A stretch of 64,000 bases of DNA from Corallochytrium limacisporum Hawaii (GCA_002811645.1 PDIP01000122.1:34098-98097), one strand, 5' to 3'. Counted from the first letter of the stretch, positions 33,601 to 43,422 are shown. The notes: generated by a model not told the origin, from the sequence alone. Made by a program: numbers and translations.

Positions 33601-36600
33601 GAAGCTAATCAGTTGATGGAGCAGGGACAGAACGCTGTGCATAAAACGATTCGCGTCATTCTCATTTACGACAACACCGGCACCACGATCCACGAGGTAA
33701 CTAGTGATCCATTCCCGCAAATCGATGTACAATTCCTCGTTAGCCACCTCACGGCCATGGTCGGTACCCGGAAGCAAAGACGGCGCGGCCAGGACGGCGG
33801 AGTTCCAGTCCTCCTTCATCTTCTTGGCCTTGTCCTCAAGCTCTGATACAACAAAGCAGTTGGACCGCTCAGTCAATACGTTGGTGTTGGGAGAGACATT
33901 CACGAAAGCATGCTGCAACAAGTTCACATATGCCGTACGAAGAGCATAGGGAGCATCTTCATCAGTAACACAAAGGAACGCATCAAACCAAGGTGCGTAG
34001 TTGAGGTCCTGAGTGATTGTCTCAATGGCAAAGTGATTTCGAGACGCACACAGATTGGCAAACAGACGGACAGTCTCGACATGGTACCTGAAGATGCGAG
34101 GGTGTTTGTCGTGAACGTAGGTCATGAATTTGCCAAAGGAACAGGACTCAGTCTTGAATGATGGCGAATCCTCATCGCCGTCCAGAAGCTTCCTGATCGA
34201 TTTCGGCAAATGAGTAACAAAATTATCCTTGTGGGTGATGACCAAGGGATCCGCACGCTGATTGATCAAGAGATGCGAGACGATAGCCTCCTGATTCCGC
34301 TCAATCGCAAGGCCATTGCACAGACACAGCCTGCCCAAGAAGTCAATGCTGTGGGGGTTGCAGTGCTCAGTTACGTCATCAACAAAGTACGAAATGATCT
34401 TATCGTCAATCCTATCGAGAATTCCTCGGTTATTATCAACGATCTTGCCCATCAATTCGCCAGCACCGATATCCAGAGGCACTAGCCTCTTGAAGAATCC
34501 CAAATGCCGCGCCAGGTACATTTTGCTCTTGTTGCTAGATTCGATCGTTTTGCTCAGGGTTGCCACTGCTCGGGCTGCCAATTGGCGTACCACGGCGTTC
34601 TCTGCCTTTTCGAATTCCTTGGGATCTGGTGACTCCTTAAAGAAGGCCCGCAGAATTTTCACCAACAGATCCAGCAGATGCACATGGCGCATGATCTTCT
34701 GACGATGCCGACGCTTGGCCTTCAGGCTGTTGGTAAATTCGACGATAACATCGAATAGCCGGATCATTGAATAGGCCTCTTTCGTACACATGCATTTGTT
34801 ATGCTTCCGATTGCTGAGGAAGTGCTTTATGGGCGGCGCTGCACTCATTAAGTAGGTGTTGTCCAACACCAACTCCCGATCAACAGAGTCCAGAATAAAG
34901 GCATCCAAGTAATTCTGGCTCTCTGTGGACTGCAGCTCCTTGAGCTCCGCGTGGTCCCAATCCAGGAAGGTCATATCCGTGTCTGCCAAATTCCGTTTCA
35001 TGTTCTTTATCGCATCACTGCTGTGACGCGGACGGTGCTTGGAATAGTTCCGGGACGACCCATGCAACCAACGATCCGTATGAATGTGTCGGATGCGCAC
35101 GACGTGGTTTGTGCCAATTCCGGACGCGGATGCATCGGGATCCAGTGAGATAGGATGCAACTGGAACTGTGTTGTCTCGTCTGGATTCGGACTCAGTCGG
35201 GGCTTCGAATTCGCGCTTACGCTGAGGTACAGTCGAGACGGGAAATGGCGCAGGCGGACCGCATCACTCCAGCTGAGACGCTTCGCGGATGTGGTCGCGG
35301 ACACAATTTCCAGTTGCCAGAAAACGGACGCGCCCCTCGGTTGCTTGTGAGCCACGGTTGGATCGCGCTGCGACTGGCAGCGGAGGTGAACGTTGGTATG
35401 TGGCTTGATACTGTGCGCGTCTGCATCCGCACATACATATGCCTCTCGTTCTTTATGGAAGATTCGTATTACGTCACCCGATCGCAACGTCAGACTGGAG
35501 TCTCCATTGTAAAAGAAATGCGATTCCAACTGCATGGCCCACTTTCGACGATCAATGATCTCGGAACCGCTCTGCAGTGCGCGCAAGGCGGAGCCTTGAT
35601 GCTCAGTCATAAAGAAGTACGGAGCAATGCGGAAGGGCTGCGCCTCGGACGCGAGATCGATCTCCAAACCATTAGAAAAGTCCTCAAAGGTCGACCAAGA
35701 CGTATGAATGTACGAGCCGGGAACGCGTACGCTCTCCAGTACAACCTGATCCCCCGCGCGGACGTTTTCACCCTCCGACCGTAACTTGTAGCGAGGCATG
35801 ATCCGGAACCGTGTGCTAAGGTTGTTCTTGTCCGTAAGACCAATGAGCATGGCCTCGTTGTTGAAGTGAGCCGTCTCATCTGCGGCCACGTAGAGGTAGC
35901 TACCCGAGTTCATGTGCTTCAACTCCACAACATCGCCGTAGACAACCGCCTTACCACTCAACCGTGCTTGCTCGAGGATATTGGCCTGATCCTCATCCTC
36001 TGACGCCTTCTGAGCCTGCCTCAACTTACGATCACGGTAGGTAATGGTCTTCAGCTTTGCCTTGGTGGTCTCCATCTTGATTTTGTTCGCATCTTTCTTC
36101 ATTGCAAAGTCTTCTACCGCATTATGCAGCGCCTGTGCCGCTGTGTACTTATTCGGTACCTGCACCTGGAAAACACAGCTGCGGAAGTCTGTTAGCACCG
36201 GTGACTTGCGCCCGTACTCTCCTCGCTGCAGCGTTACACGAGGCACAACCAGACTCTCGATGCAAACATAGCCGGACTGCATGTCATCGAAGAGAGTAAT
36301 GTACGACCCAAAAGTCAGCGGCGTGAATTCGTCGTGGGTATCATCTGGGCCTGATGTCCCAAGCCAGTGTCCATCGAGGACTGACGGGCGGCTAGACGGC
36401 GTGTCCATCTCGCTTTCAATCGAAGGCCGCTCTTTGCGACCCTCCCTCATAATTTCGACTTCCCGGGCTGCTGGTTTGGTTAGAGAAACCTTCGTGGTGC
36501 TGGGCACGACGATTTCCTCGGCCTCGTTCACTGAAGGGCGCCTCGCACCGGTGCTTTCGTTGCTTTTGCGGGGCTGCAGGAACGTCACTGGGGGAGGACT

Positions 36601-36867
36601 CTCCCTGGGTGACTCTATCTTGCGAATGTATCCCTTGGTCGACTTGTGAACAGCTGGACCGAAGCTATCTTCGTGAACCAGTCTTGCACCAGACGGTGAC
36701 ACCCTTTGGGGCGATCTGTTCGGCCCATCGTTGGCTGAGTGTCCGTTGGCACCATTTGTCTTGTCTTCTAAGGAATCAGATGACTCGTAGCCAACATCAG
36801 TACCGGGGTACTGCGAATCTGTCGCTTCGTCCAAAGCGATGTCCTTGGGAATTTCTTCCGTCGACAT
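27610..36867 (-). CDS. ITPR: Inositol 1,4,5-trisphosphate receptor (IP3R), intronless, ~3085 aa
   Basis: ATG at 36867. Suppressor/MIR motifs (VVYGDVVELKH, FRIMPRYKLRSEGE), RQKIMR, QLLCEGH..LQDYLR.Q, TLIEFCQG, pore GVRSGGGLGE, IVFGIIVDTFQELRDEK and C-terminal CFVC...HNMWGY. Confidence 0.96.
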   Translation of the reverse strand: MSTEEIPKDIALDEATDSQYPGTDVGYESSDSLEDKTNGANGHSANDGPNRSPQRVSPSGARLVHEDSFGPAVHKSTKGYIRKIESPRESPPPVTFLQPRKSNESTGARRPSVNEAEEIVVPSTTKVSLTKPAAREVEIMREGRKERPSIESEMDTPSSRPSVLDGHWLGTSGPDDTHDEFTPLTFGSYITLFDDMQSGYVCIESLVVPRVTLQRGEYGRKSPVLTDFRSCVFQVQVPNKYTAAQALHNAVEDFAMKKDANKIKMETTKAKLKTITYRDRKLRQAQKASEDEDQANILEQARLSGKAVVYGDVVELKHMNSGSYLYVAADETAHFNNEAMLIGLTDKNNLSTRFRIMPRYKLRSEGENVRAGDQVVLESVRVPGSYIHTSWSTFEDFSNGLEIDLASEAQPFRIAPYFFMTEHQGSALRALQSGSEIIDRRKWAMQLESHFFYNGDSSLTLRSGDVIRIFHKEREAYVCADADAHSIKPHTNVHLRCQSQRDPTVAHKQPRGASVFWQLEIVSATTSAKRLSWSDAVRLRHFPSRLYLSVSANSKPRLSPNPDETTQFQLHPISLDPDASASGIGTNHVVRIRHIHTDRWLHGSSRNYSKHRPRHSSDAIKNMKRNLADTDMTFLDWDHAELKELQSTESQNYLDAFILDSVDRELVLDNTYLMSAAPPIKHFLSNRKHNKCMCTKEAYSMIRLFDVIVEFTNSLKAKRRHRQKIMRHVHLLDLLVKILRAFFKESPDPKEFEKAENAVVRQLAARAVATLSKTIESSNKSKMYLARHLGFFKRLVPLDIGAGELMGKIVDNNRGILDRIDDKIISYFVDDVTEHCNPHSIDFLGRLCLCNGLAIERNQEAIVSHLLINQRADPLVITHKDNFVTHLPKSIRKLLDGDEDSPSFKTESCSFGKFMTYVHDKHPRIFRYHVETVRLFANLCASRNHFAIETITQDLNYAPWFDAFLCVTDEDAPYALRTAYVNLLQHAFVNVSPNTNVLTERSNCFVVSELEDKAKKMKEDWNSAVLAAPSLLPGTDHGREVANEELYIDLREWITSYLVDRGAGVVVNENDANRFMHSVLSLLHQLISFGVVCEMRDMKRLITPVSRILNSSHDRPSKDVTDHELLHEWSAIEQFNPEYPGNSEVIDMRLTAMNVAKAMFELRARAQMDLFLMAYFHVCETIELPSASHEEDSEEWMYFHGVIEEFTKMYAVIKDNSGIILCDDADQRKRTEALRCCKMADDLNAILSQLLRFAEFVEEEDEILQNLFRIGRYKKANVKTEVLKLLYAQNFQIESVLTQGDEYLMCLLDPTAISLQRYIRKNIPLVKRALNSKLTEEDEQELHKYVGTLEHLFVDTPTEYEEHDFMYCDREVAKNIVRSNGVIFDLAALINRPIDLTLLSVYKSQLQFAKASLRLLSAISALDDGIQRQLFKRLEWVIHLQGMNPELSDAISVLFAGNLELCLTVSDHVIGMIVDKAADTHYFGYLNVLRMVANANGRIHIRRNQYSIVKNMLRRRHDIFNLFKKEYTKTRMNLLLHTSEANPNETPFTPAPEESPESPMLGEGRFSSIRSGGISSLRVDSSASGRKTMLGMMTRPTMSSRQDSTHSSASSEAGSDAVEDFQELYGEAFTSETQLRKTEGATHEARELRKLKFHLAAVGLLATCAKGENRFIESVVTGLVELEDVLDVLCHPEIPPECKIPYFQLMRWAFLESAVDADDTGLADLQENPKFWRLVSGINGEGGQFAEAFTDMTALLDEKGPDAPECLERFYFLATNWEEFDSEILPLLASYFTHSFRAERANDVALATIEAFLVGTVRVMRTVEEALNHPGLVNFYKKLLSKAISIPKDFPVDTLQMQRIAQEFAHPDKIRGIALLCELIIEIAYKDNEEMLPITIGSPESDVALIRQIVKEDPASLMSLCHRIGVNPAVARKSLDHIHKFMSFSCGYGDVESDSDDSSLNTYQTQTSLEELTEQQSRAEKFVPMCMRRNSSITNLIVRNPKYAEREDRLNESLLFDRKLLAKCCAGPNMLKHQLNLPSRQELMKKFGPLQIPKDGIIPYVPREETLPLGEEFRRFVSIFRVWDKDNKYLHIPQEASILVEMLQSTQHLERKGPDSEKESKVALRCLHVIRALIHNELAATRAFKDPDHRGELWATVERVQNDLVTLQVPKMLIKHTRFRPTDESFEATLTLLALLEGGNRTVQEALLHEWHMSRVEPFFEDTKDALMRTKKLIRDHRMLEAIQHQLDCNQSHDPFPVNHTHTHGVGHLNLHDRQISRAQQIEDLLQIHRTVHHSSNKNHKHIHIVRHTDHDSLCGTDAGEARPASEGEIELYMKDRITLRIIQLLCEGHFEGLQDYLRTQADNFKNINLVVIIVSYVTEHSDEINTWTYALLTQAFETLIEFCQGNEENQITVFDAKILDPILQIIARPLDPVQLDVETLMAEARIKHSCAKLLLSMVESNTTASRRLAQDLSLLLPLKLVFRAMAMFKDAADTIEDQDKALKKSFIEMGFSLYVLQLRIRELGATYALEIDDGHHHNEFDEIDHDDEDSEHASKLRKDMRALTPQIRNKLVDCGLIKPSKNLNKELKPMKPMSKEEVNAESESTAEGQSQKHVHKTARNTLSHYQDVIRFFEKRSASVEIIIDDTLQVIHFLAIRSNLLTGRMKDELLWSVDRSSPSDKIRDFVLKSKEVENDMLYLEFLQGNKFTRFFVGHVNAWGRSMTLVSFLINLIFLCTWQAPEDMFDPRPITPDWYHPVVFALGIPHLILCIFIEIEYVLSRRRFRMWYRARMDAMRSFELKTMFLEGVLELLTDFGFMYHFSCVVLSLMGLVVNPAFYCWHLTHIVHNNDLLRRVIQAVTKNGRSLLLVAFLTIVVTYMYSVWMFSVFRSIIDYTSGMRCATLGECFVSSISYGVRSGGGLGEQLYPPSDQGIDTMRVVFDLSFFVIVSVIGLNIVFGIIVDTFQELRDEKWRVQEDMEGRCFVCSIRSYEFERQARGFEYHVKKEHNMWGYLLLFIHIKDKDPQEYTAHESYVAESLESGIEERLFPINRALSIPEQAEDHDQRLEHLERILTHITSPTIVRPAQ

Positions 36868-39378
36868 ATTCAATCAGATTTGGTAGTGCTGTGCTCTACA
36901 TAGCCAGAACGAACTTGTGGCCTTGACTGAAACCACTGGGATCTGTTCCCGAAGTGTTATTGTGATCTATTGTCCTATCCCGGTATGTAGGATAGGGTGT
37001 TTGGATGTGTTAGAGAAATAACCGTCAACAGTCTGATGGTTGTCGGCCAGCTCTTTCCTACCTGTTTCTGATGAACCGCACATACGGCGAGTACTCTCAC
37101 CTTTAGCGAATGTGGTCGACAACAGCGGTTCTGCTTTCTCTTGAAGACGGACTGATAGGAGAAGGAGCAAGGTAGCGCATCTGGTACAAAAGCAATTAGA
37201 AGTTGACGCCAGTGCTAACCATTTCCTCAGGACACAACCACACACAATCCAAGAAGGTCAACAGCCTCACAACACTGAAAGCCCACCCAAGCGACGGACG
37301 AAATCCAAGACGGGCTGGGCTGACCGGACGCACGTACCACAGGCAAAGACGAGGGAGGGCCAAAGGAGCGCAAACCACCCTCCAGGGCAAGCACACACAC
37401 ACACCGATACAAATCCCCGGAAAACCCAAATGAAAAACAGGTGGACACGATATTTTTCGTTTACGCTTGCGAAATTCGTTGGGGGGACCCCGCACCTGTC
37501 GAAATCATTGCACAGCAGCAGGCACATATCACTTGCTTTACACAATGTTCTAAAACACACAAAAGACCCACAAATATTAAACACGTTCTGGTACACTCTT
37601 TCCGAATAAAGAATAGGTCCTCTGTACGCGTAGGTGTGGGATGTGCGCCGATAGGGGATGGGCGGCACAGCCCCGTCCCGGAAGACAAGAGGGATTACGG
37701 TACATGAGCAATAGCCGGCGGGTGGGACCCTGCGAGTCGGACACGGAGAGGAATTGGAAAACGGGACCAGAGTGGGAAGGTCAGACGAGCCAAGGGAGGG
37801 GGAGGTGAGGAGGGGGGAACGGGATCTATGGGGGGCTTACANNNNNNNNNNNNNNNNNNNNNNNNNNNNNNNNNNNNNNNNNNNNNNNNNNNNNNNNNNN
37901 NNNNNNNNNNNNNNNNNNNNNNNNNNNNNNNNNNNNNNNNNNNNNNNNNNNNNNNNNNNNNNNNNNNNNNNNNNNNNNNNNNNNNNNNNNNNNNNNNNNN
38001 NNNNNNNNNNNNNNNNNNNNNNNNNNNNNNNNNNNNNNNNNNNNNNNNNNNNNNNNNNNNNNNNNNNNNNNNNNNNNNNNNNNNNNNNNGAGGGGAGGTG
38101 AGACAGCGAGAGACAACCGACCACCATCTTGGGACCCCAAGAGCGAACTAGGACGACGAGCCACCCCGGAGGTGTGAGGGTGCGATACCGTGGTGTCGGA
38201 GAGCCACGACAAAAGGGGCGACCAGTCGACCCTTGGGGAAGATGTCGAATTGGAAAAGGCAGCGGTGACAAGTGCACGGTTGGCGAACGAGGGGTGGGTA
38301 CTGAGCCAACCTTCCCCATCCCAACCTACTTGCAACCCCAAAGCCGTCCGTCCGTCTCTCATCTTCCTTAGCTGGCTGCTTTACGTTGGTTGCCGTCATG
38401 CGTTGCCGCCTCCCTTCCCCCCAAACCCCAACGGGTAGAGGACGGGTCCCCTTTGTGTCCCGTGCGCCTCGTTTTTTGTTTTTTTTCTCGGGGTCGGGCA
38501 TGCTTATTGCCTTGTACTTACCAGACTAGTACCACCGCGTTCGTGACTGAAGATTGCTCAGGGGAAATACCTGCGACTTGTCCACCATGTTCGCCGAAGG
38601 AATGTCGCAGAATGAAACTGTGGAAATTCACACATTCGAGTACGAACAGCTACTTCACAGCGGGAAACAGGACCGTCACGGCGGGCACAGACGACACAAA
38701 CTAAACCCTTAAGAAGTATGCGCGTGTGTGCCTTGGGCGGGTGAGACGGCGGGAGGGGGGGGGGGGGGACGGACACGGTCCTCCCNNNNNNNNNNNNNNN
38801 NGGGGGGGGGTGGACGAACACGGTCCTCCCGTCCTCCCGGCTCTGTCCTCTCCTGCCACGGGAATTCTTTCCCCCAGCCCTGCGAACGAACACACCGGGG
38901 CATATTCGCCAAAGGGGCACACACTGCACAACTCAAAAAGCCACATCAGCCCCCAGAGCCCTTCAAAAACTGCCAAGAGCGCCTGGGGAGGGTCCGGGGA
39001 GGAAGGTGCCCTCCTGCTGAGATCGGGGGTCTATTTTCAGAGGGTGGTCAGGTTTGGAACAACAGCGCAAAATGTTAGTCGCGGTGTTCAGATGGCGCGG
39101 GGCGGCTGAGGCTTGTGTGTAGGGAACGTGGTGTGAATGCGGTCCACTGGCCTGGATTGAACTGGCGAATCTTGTTCATGCTCTACGATGTAACGAACAA
39201 TGGTTGACATTAAAGGTATACAACGTCTTCAATTGGTGAGTGTATAACCATTGAATTTGTAGCATGGAGCAAACTAATGTGCTTTCGCTTTGGATTGTTA
39301 CATCACTGCTGACAAGCAAACATGGGCAGAGTGCAAGACCATTAGCCATATCAGTGAACATTTCTTACCAACGGAAAC

Positions 39379-39921
39379 ATGTCGAAAACAGCACCGCGTG
39401 GACAGGACGTCCCCCAGGTGAATGCAGAGCTCTTTATTCTGACCTATGGTGCCCTGGTGGCCCAACTAGTGAAAGACTACGAAGACGTTAAGGAAGTCAA
39501 CGAGCAATTGGAACTTATTGGATACAAAATGGGCACACGGCTGGTGGAGGACTTTCTGAGTAGAACAAATTTTAACAAATGCTCTAATTTTCGGGATACA
39601 GCAGAGATCCTGAGTCGGCACGCCTTCAAAATGTTCCTGGGTGTAGAGGCACAGCACGGGAAATGGGCCAGCAACGACTCCGAGTTTTCGTTGATCCTTG
39701 AGGAGAATCCTCTGACAGAATTTGTGGAACTTCCGGAGGAATACAAGGGTTTGCTGTACTCTAATGTTCTAGCAGGAGTGGTTCGGGGGGCGCTGGAGAT
39801 GGTCATGTGGAAGGTGGAGCTGAGCTTCGTTAGCGACGCACTGCGGGGAGACCCCAACACGGAACTCCGGATCAAGCTTGTACAGCGTTTGCACGACGAT
39901 GTGCCACCTGGTGAGGACTGA
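39379..39921 (+). CDS. TRAPPC3: TRAPP complex subunit Bet3/TRAPPC3
   Basis: [61 protein letters not shown]. Confidence 0.97.
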   Translation: MSKTAPRGQDVPQVNAELFILTYGALVAQLVKDYEDVKEVNEQLELIGYKMGTRLVEDFLSRTNFNKCSNFRDTAEILSRHAFKMFLGVEAQHGKWASNDSEFSLILEENPLTEFVELPEEYKGLLYSNVLAGVVRGALEMVMWKVELSFVSDALRGDPNTELRIKLVQRLHDDVPPGED

Positions 39922-40016
39922 GCGCTTGTAAACCAAATGTATCGTAAGAGTGTCATAGTTGACTAGTATATAGAAAAAAATATGTCAGTAGGTGTTAGTG
40001 TACAGAGAAGTCAATT

Positions 40017-41348
40017 TTAAATCCAGTCACCCTCACGAATCTTGCGCGGCAGAAATTCCTGAGTGAGATACTGGAAGCCAAAGTTACTCAAGGCCTGAAT
40101 CTCAGCCTTTTCTCCAGTGTCCAACATAATCTTGAGCTCCTTAACCCATTCCGGGTTCTTCTTTACGAAATCTTCCTCTAGCAATTCGTAGCCAGTCTTC
40201 CTATCGTGCTCAGTCATGGGCAGTCGACAGGCGGCGGGAATGTTATATCGATTTAGATCCGAGGGTCGTACCCCGAGCCACTTGATGTCTGCAGTCGCGA
40301 GGCTGGCAGAGTCGTAACTCATGTTCTTTGATCCGCTCATGTACACAGACAAGATCTTCAACCCGTACGGATCAGAGTCCACAAGTCCGAGGATGGGAAT
40401 GTTGGCCGCCTTTTTGATCATTTGCAGAAACAGACGGGTGGCAATATCAGGCTGTCCCTTAGCGGTCATGATAATGCATGGGTACTGATTGTAAAACCGG
40501 TCCTCAGCCAGGCGCATAAAAGCGGCATCTTTCTCAACTAAGAGAACAAAGTCAGCATCCGTTTCAATATCTGTGACGCGGGAGATAAGCGCAGGAATGG
40601 CCTTGCCGCCGGATCCTTGTTTCGTGCAGTCGACGAGGTCGCCCATATCGCGGAACTTTAGCCGTCCGACCACAACGCCCTTCTCTGAAGCCACCACATT
40701 GAGCGAATTGCGTGTGCATCCGACCATGCACGCAATGTCGTCCAGCACAGCGTCACTTTCGCTCTGTTTGGAAAAGAGATTGACGTCAGTGTAGAAGAGG
40801 TCACGCTTTGTGATGTGGATACCTTTGGACACGACCTCGTGGATGAGTTCAAGCACTCGAGTTGTAATGGTGGCTTTGCGTACACTGGAGACGTTCGCAA
40901 ACGGACGATTATTCATACCGTCCTTGAGCACAATGCGATCAAGTTCCGGAACGTACAGCTGGTTGGACGCGGCACGGGATGGGATAATGTATTCAAACCC
41001 GAGCTCCGCCAGAATGTTCCGGGCGGTGGCTAGCACGATCGCCTCGATCACTCCCTTGACGTTGTCATCCTCCATTTCCACAACTTCCTTCGCAACATTC
41101 TCAAGGTTCAGATCTTCCAAAACCACGTCCGCTTTCTGTTCGGCCTCTTCGTGGTGCTCCTTCTTCAATTGACGAACTTTCGCCAGGACAGAGGCAGGAG
41201 AATTGCTAACCGGTCCCTTGGTCTTCGCAGCCGCAGAGGATCGCTTAGTCGGCGTCTTCAGCGCAGCTGATTTCTTGACAATTGATGGCCCATTGGCCTT
41301 GGCTCGTGCCTTGGCCTTTGCCCGCGGTACATACTTTGTCTCCGGCAT
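40017..41348 (-). CDS. TOP6A: DNA topoisomerase VI subunit A (SPO11-3/Top6A class)
   Basis: Catalytic Tyr motif [12 protein letters not shown]; [21 protein letters not shown]; TOPRIM LVEKDA and VDSDPYG; SKNMSYDS; KAEIQAL. These match the somatic SPO11-3 type rather than meiotic Spo11. Confidence 0.92.
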   Translation of the reverse strand: MPETKYVPRAKAKARAKANGPSIVKKSAALKTPTKRSSAAAKTKGPVSNSPASVLAKVRQLKKEHHEEAEQKADVVLEDLNLENVAKEVVEMEDDNVKGVIEAIVLATARNILAELGFEYIIPSRAASNQLYVPELDRIVLKDGMNNRPFANVSSVRKATITTRVLELIHEVVSKGIHITKRDLFYTDVNLFSKQSESDAVLDDIACMVGCTRNSLNVVASEKGVVVGRLKFRDMGDLVDCTKQGSGGKAIPALISRVTDIETDADFVLLVEKDAAFMRLAEDRFYNQYPCIIMTAKGQPDIATRLFLQMIKKAANIPILGLVDSDPYGLKILSVYMSGSKNMSYDSASLATADIKWLGVRPSDLNRYNIPAACRLPMTEHDRKTGYELLEEDFVKKNPEWVKELKIMLDTGEKAEIQALSNFGFQYLTQEFLPRKIREGDWI

Positions 41349-42023
41349 TTCTTTGTCCGTGTTTTCTTTTTGATTGTGTGTTGCTTTTGCGGACTGGTGG
41401 CTTTGTGTTCGTTACCCTCCCATTCTACGGCTATCAGTGCACAGTCCTATCACAGTAGTTATGTAAATCGTCAGGCTTCACAATAATGTGAAAGCACTTG
41501 GCGCAGGAAACTTGTTGAACCCTGTACTTGAGTAGCAGGACAGGTCTGAACAGCGATGGCCTCAGACTGACACACTATTCCTCATCTGTCAGTCGCTCGA
41601 AGTTTTCCAACAACGGGGACAGACATTTTACGCATTCCCGAGCCAAACCAGAGGCTGCACGGGCTCGACGGGCTGGTGCGGTGTTCAGAATCATGGCCGT
41701 AATTGCCAACGGACACATAGTGGCTGTAGGGAGCCAGCGGTTGAGATCTCCAATCCTACAGCCCAGCCTGTTTGCCATCTTTTCGCGCCCCGCTTAGGGC
41801 GACCCAGAAAATAGACTCCCATATTTTCAAGACTGATCCGGATAAATTTTGTCAGTTTCCCGTGCGTGTCCGGACGAGGTCGCGGGTTCCTGCCCGTGCC
41901 CAGTAGGCCTGTGCCGATGCGCGCAATGATTTGAAGAAGTGGTAGTTTACCGCTAACGGGTATCCAACAGAGCCCAAAACGATCCCTTTATGAAAATTCA
42001 TAAATCCGGCACGCTTGCGGTCG

Positions 42024-42711
42024 ATGCTAGAAGCTCCTGGAGACATTGAACTATTCACGGGTAAGGCGCGATTGAGCTACCTGGACAAAGTCCAAAGTCC
42101 CATCGATGTGGTCGCCGAGAACACGTCAGTAGACCGCCTCTACATTGTAGGCCAACATACAGACAAGACGAAAGAACTTCATGAAATTGAAGAAGCTCTG
42201 CGGAAACTTCACACAGAGGTGGATCCCGAAGGAGGCCAGCTTACTGGTGTTGCAGTGGTCAACCAAAAACCTTTCGTCTTCGTTTGCGAAGGACCGACGG
42301 AAGCGCTGATCACAGTATTGAGTGGTCTATCTATCTACAATGCCACCAAGATTGAGAGTTCCAAGGTACTTAGCTACCATATGAAGACTGCTTGCCGTGT
42401 GTGGCCAGAATGGACGATACAGAAGACAAACAGTATGGCGCAAGCATCGGTACGGAGGAGACGGTGAAGGACCAGGTCGATCTTAAGATGCGTCTAGCCG
42501 ATGTGATCGACTGCGATATTGTAGAAATTGAGAAGGGAATGGAGAGAGTGTGGAGCCAATTCGTCCGGAAATGATAAACTATCTCATGAAACAAAGTAAC
42601 TTGATGTCCGCGAGGGAGTTTCACAGCTTAGCCACCCGAGCGATGTTGCCGACCGTACCGTCGCAGCTGGGATGCCCCGTGCAGAGTGCAGCTAATCCGG
42701 TTGCACTATGA
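42024..42711 (+). pseudogene. DYBLUF/TEX47/MOT7-like BLUF-fold axonemal dynein-associated gene split over three reading frames
   Basis: Frame A: DRLYIVGQ...LTGVAVV...FVCEGPTEALITVL...RVWPEW, stop at 42465-42467. Frame B: EETVKDQVDLKMRLA. Frame C: PEMINYLMKQSNLMSAREFHSLATRAMLPTVPSQLGCP, stop at 42709-42711. The pieces are collinear with TEX47 as recalled. Confidence 0.7.
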
Positions 42712-42864
42712 AAAGTGGCCTATTGAAAACCCATGTGACAGTTTCATTAATAGTACTTAGATGGTGTTTATGTTGCTACAATGTTGTGATGGTGTATCTC
42801 ACTGGCACAATCCCGTATGAAGTTCATGACAGTGAAGTTGCTTATTAGCCACGTTCGAGGAAAA

Positions 42865-43422
42865 CTACTGGATCGCACACTCGTTCTTCCTTGGTGTAGC
42901 ACTCTCTGGTTCCATGCCATCCACAGCCATAACTATCGAGTCAAAGATCTCCGCTACCTGTTTGTTATGCTTAGCTGACGTCTCGACAAAGGCACAATTC
43001 CATTCGTTCGCAAGCTTCTGCCCCGCTTGGGTGGAGATTACGCGATCTCCGACCAAGTCAATCTTGTTCCCAACCAGTACCATTGGCACGGTTGCTGAAC
43101 CCGTGGCGTTAAGGATCTTATCCCGGATGATTCGCACCATTTCGAAACTCGTTCTGGATATTACCGAGTAGACAAGGATGTAGCCATGGATGCCGACGGC
43201 GTAAGTCGATGGAAAGATGGAGAACTCGTCCTGTCCCGCAGTGTCAACAATTTCCACACTATATGTCTTTCCCCGAATGGTCATAGTCTTGTGCCAGGAG
43301 TTTTCGATGGTGGGGATGTAGTTATCGCTGAATTGGTTCTCCACAAACTGCACTGTCAACGAGGTCTTGCCCACGCCCCTGAACCCGAGGATGGTAAGCT
43401 TCCTATATCTCTGGTTTGACAT
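42865..43422 (-). CDS. RHEB: Rheb GTPase
   Basis: P-loop GFRGVGKTS with the Rheb-specific Arg, effector YIPTIEN, DTAGQDEFS, GIHGYILVYS and CaaX CAIQ. Confidence 0.96.
   Translation of the reverse strand: MSNQRYRKLTILGFRGVGKTSLTVQFVENQFSDNYIPTIENSWHKTMTIRGKTYSVEIVDTAGQDEFSIFPSTYAVGIHGYILVYSVISRTSFEMVRIIRDKILNATGSATVPMVLVGNKIDLVGDRVISTQAGQKLANEWNCAFVETSAKHNKQVAEIFDSIVMAVDGMEPESATPRKNECAIQ

Noticed and set aside
40017-41348. Meiotic SPO11 as evidence of sex
   Set aside because: Motifs match the somatic Top6A/SPO11-3 class
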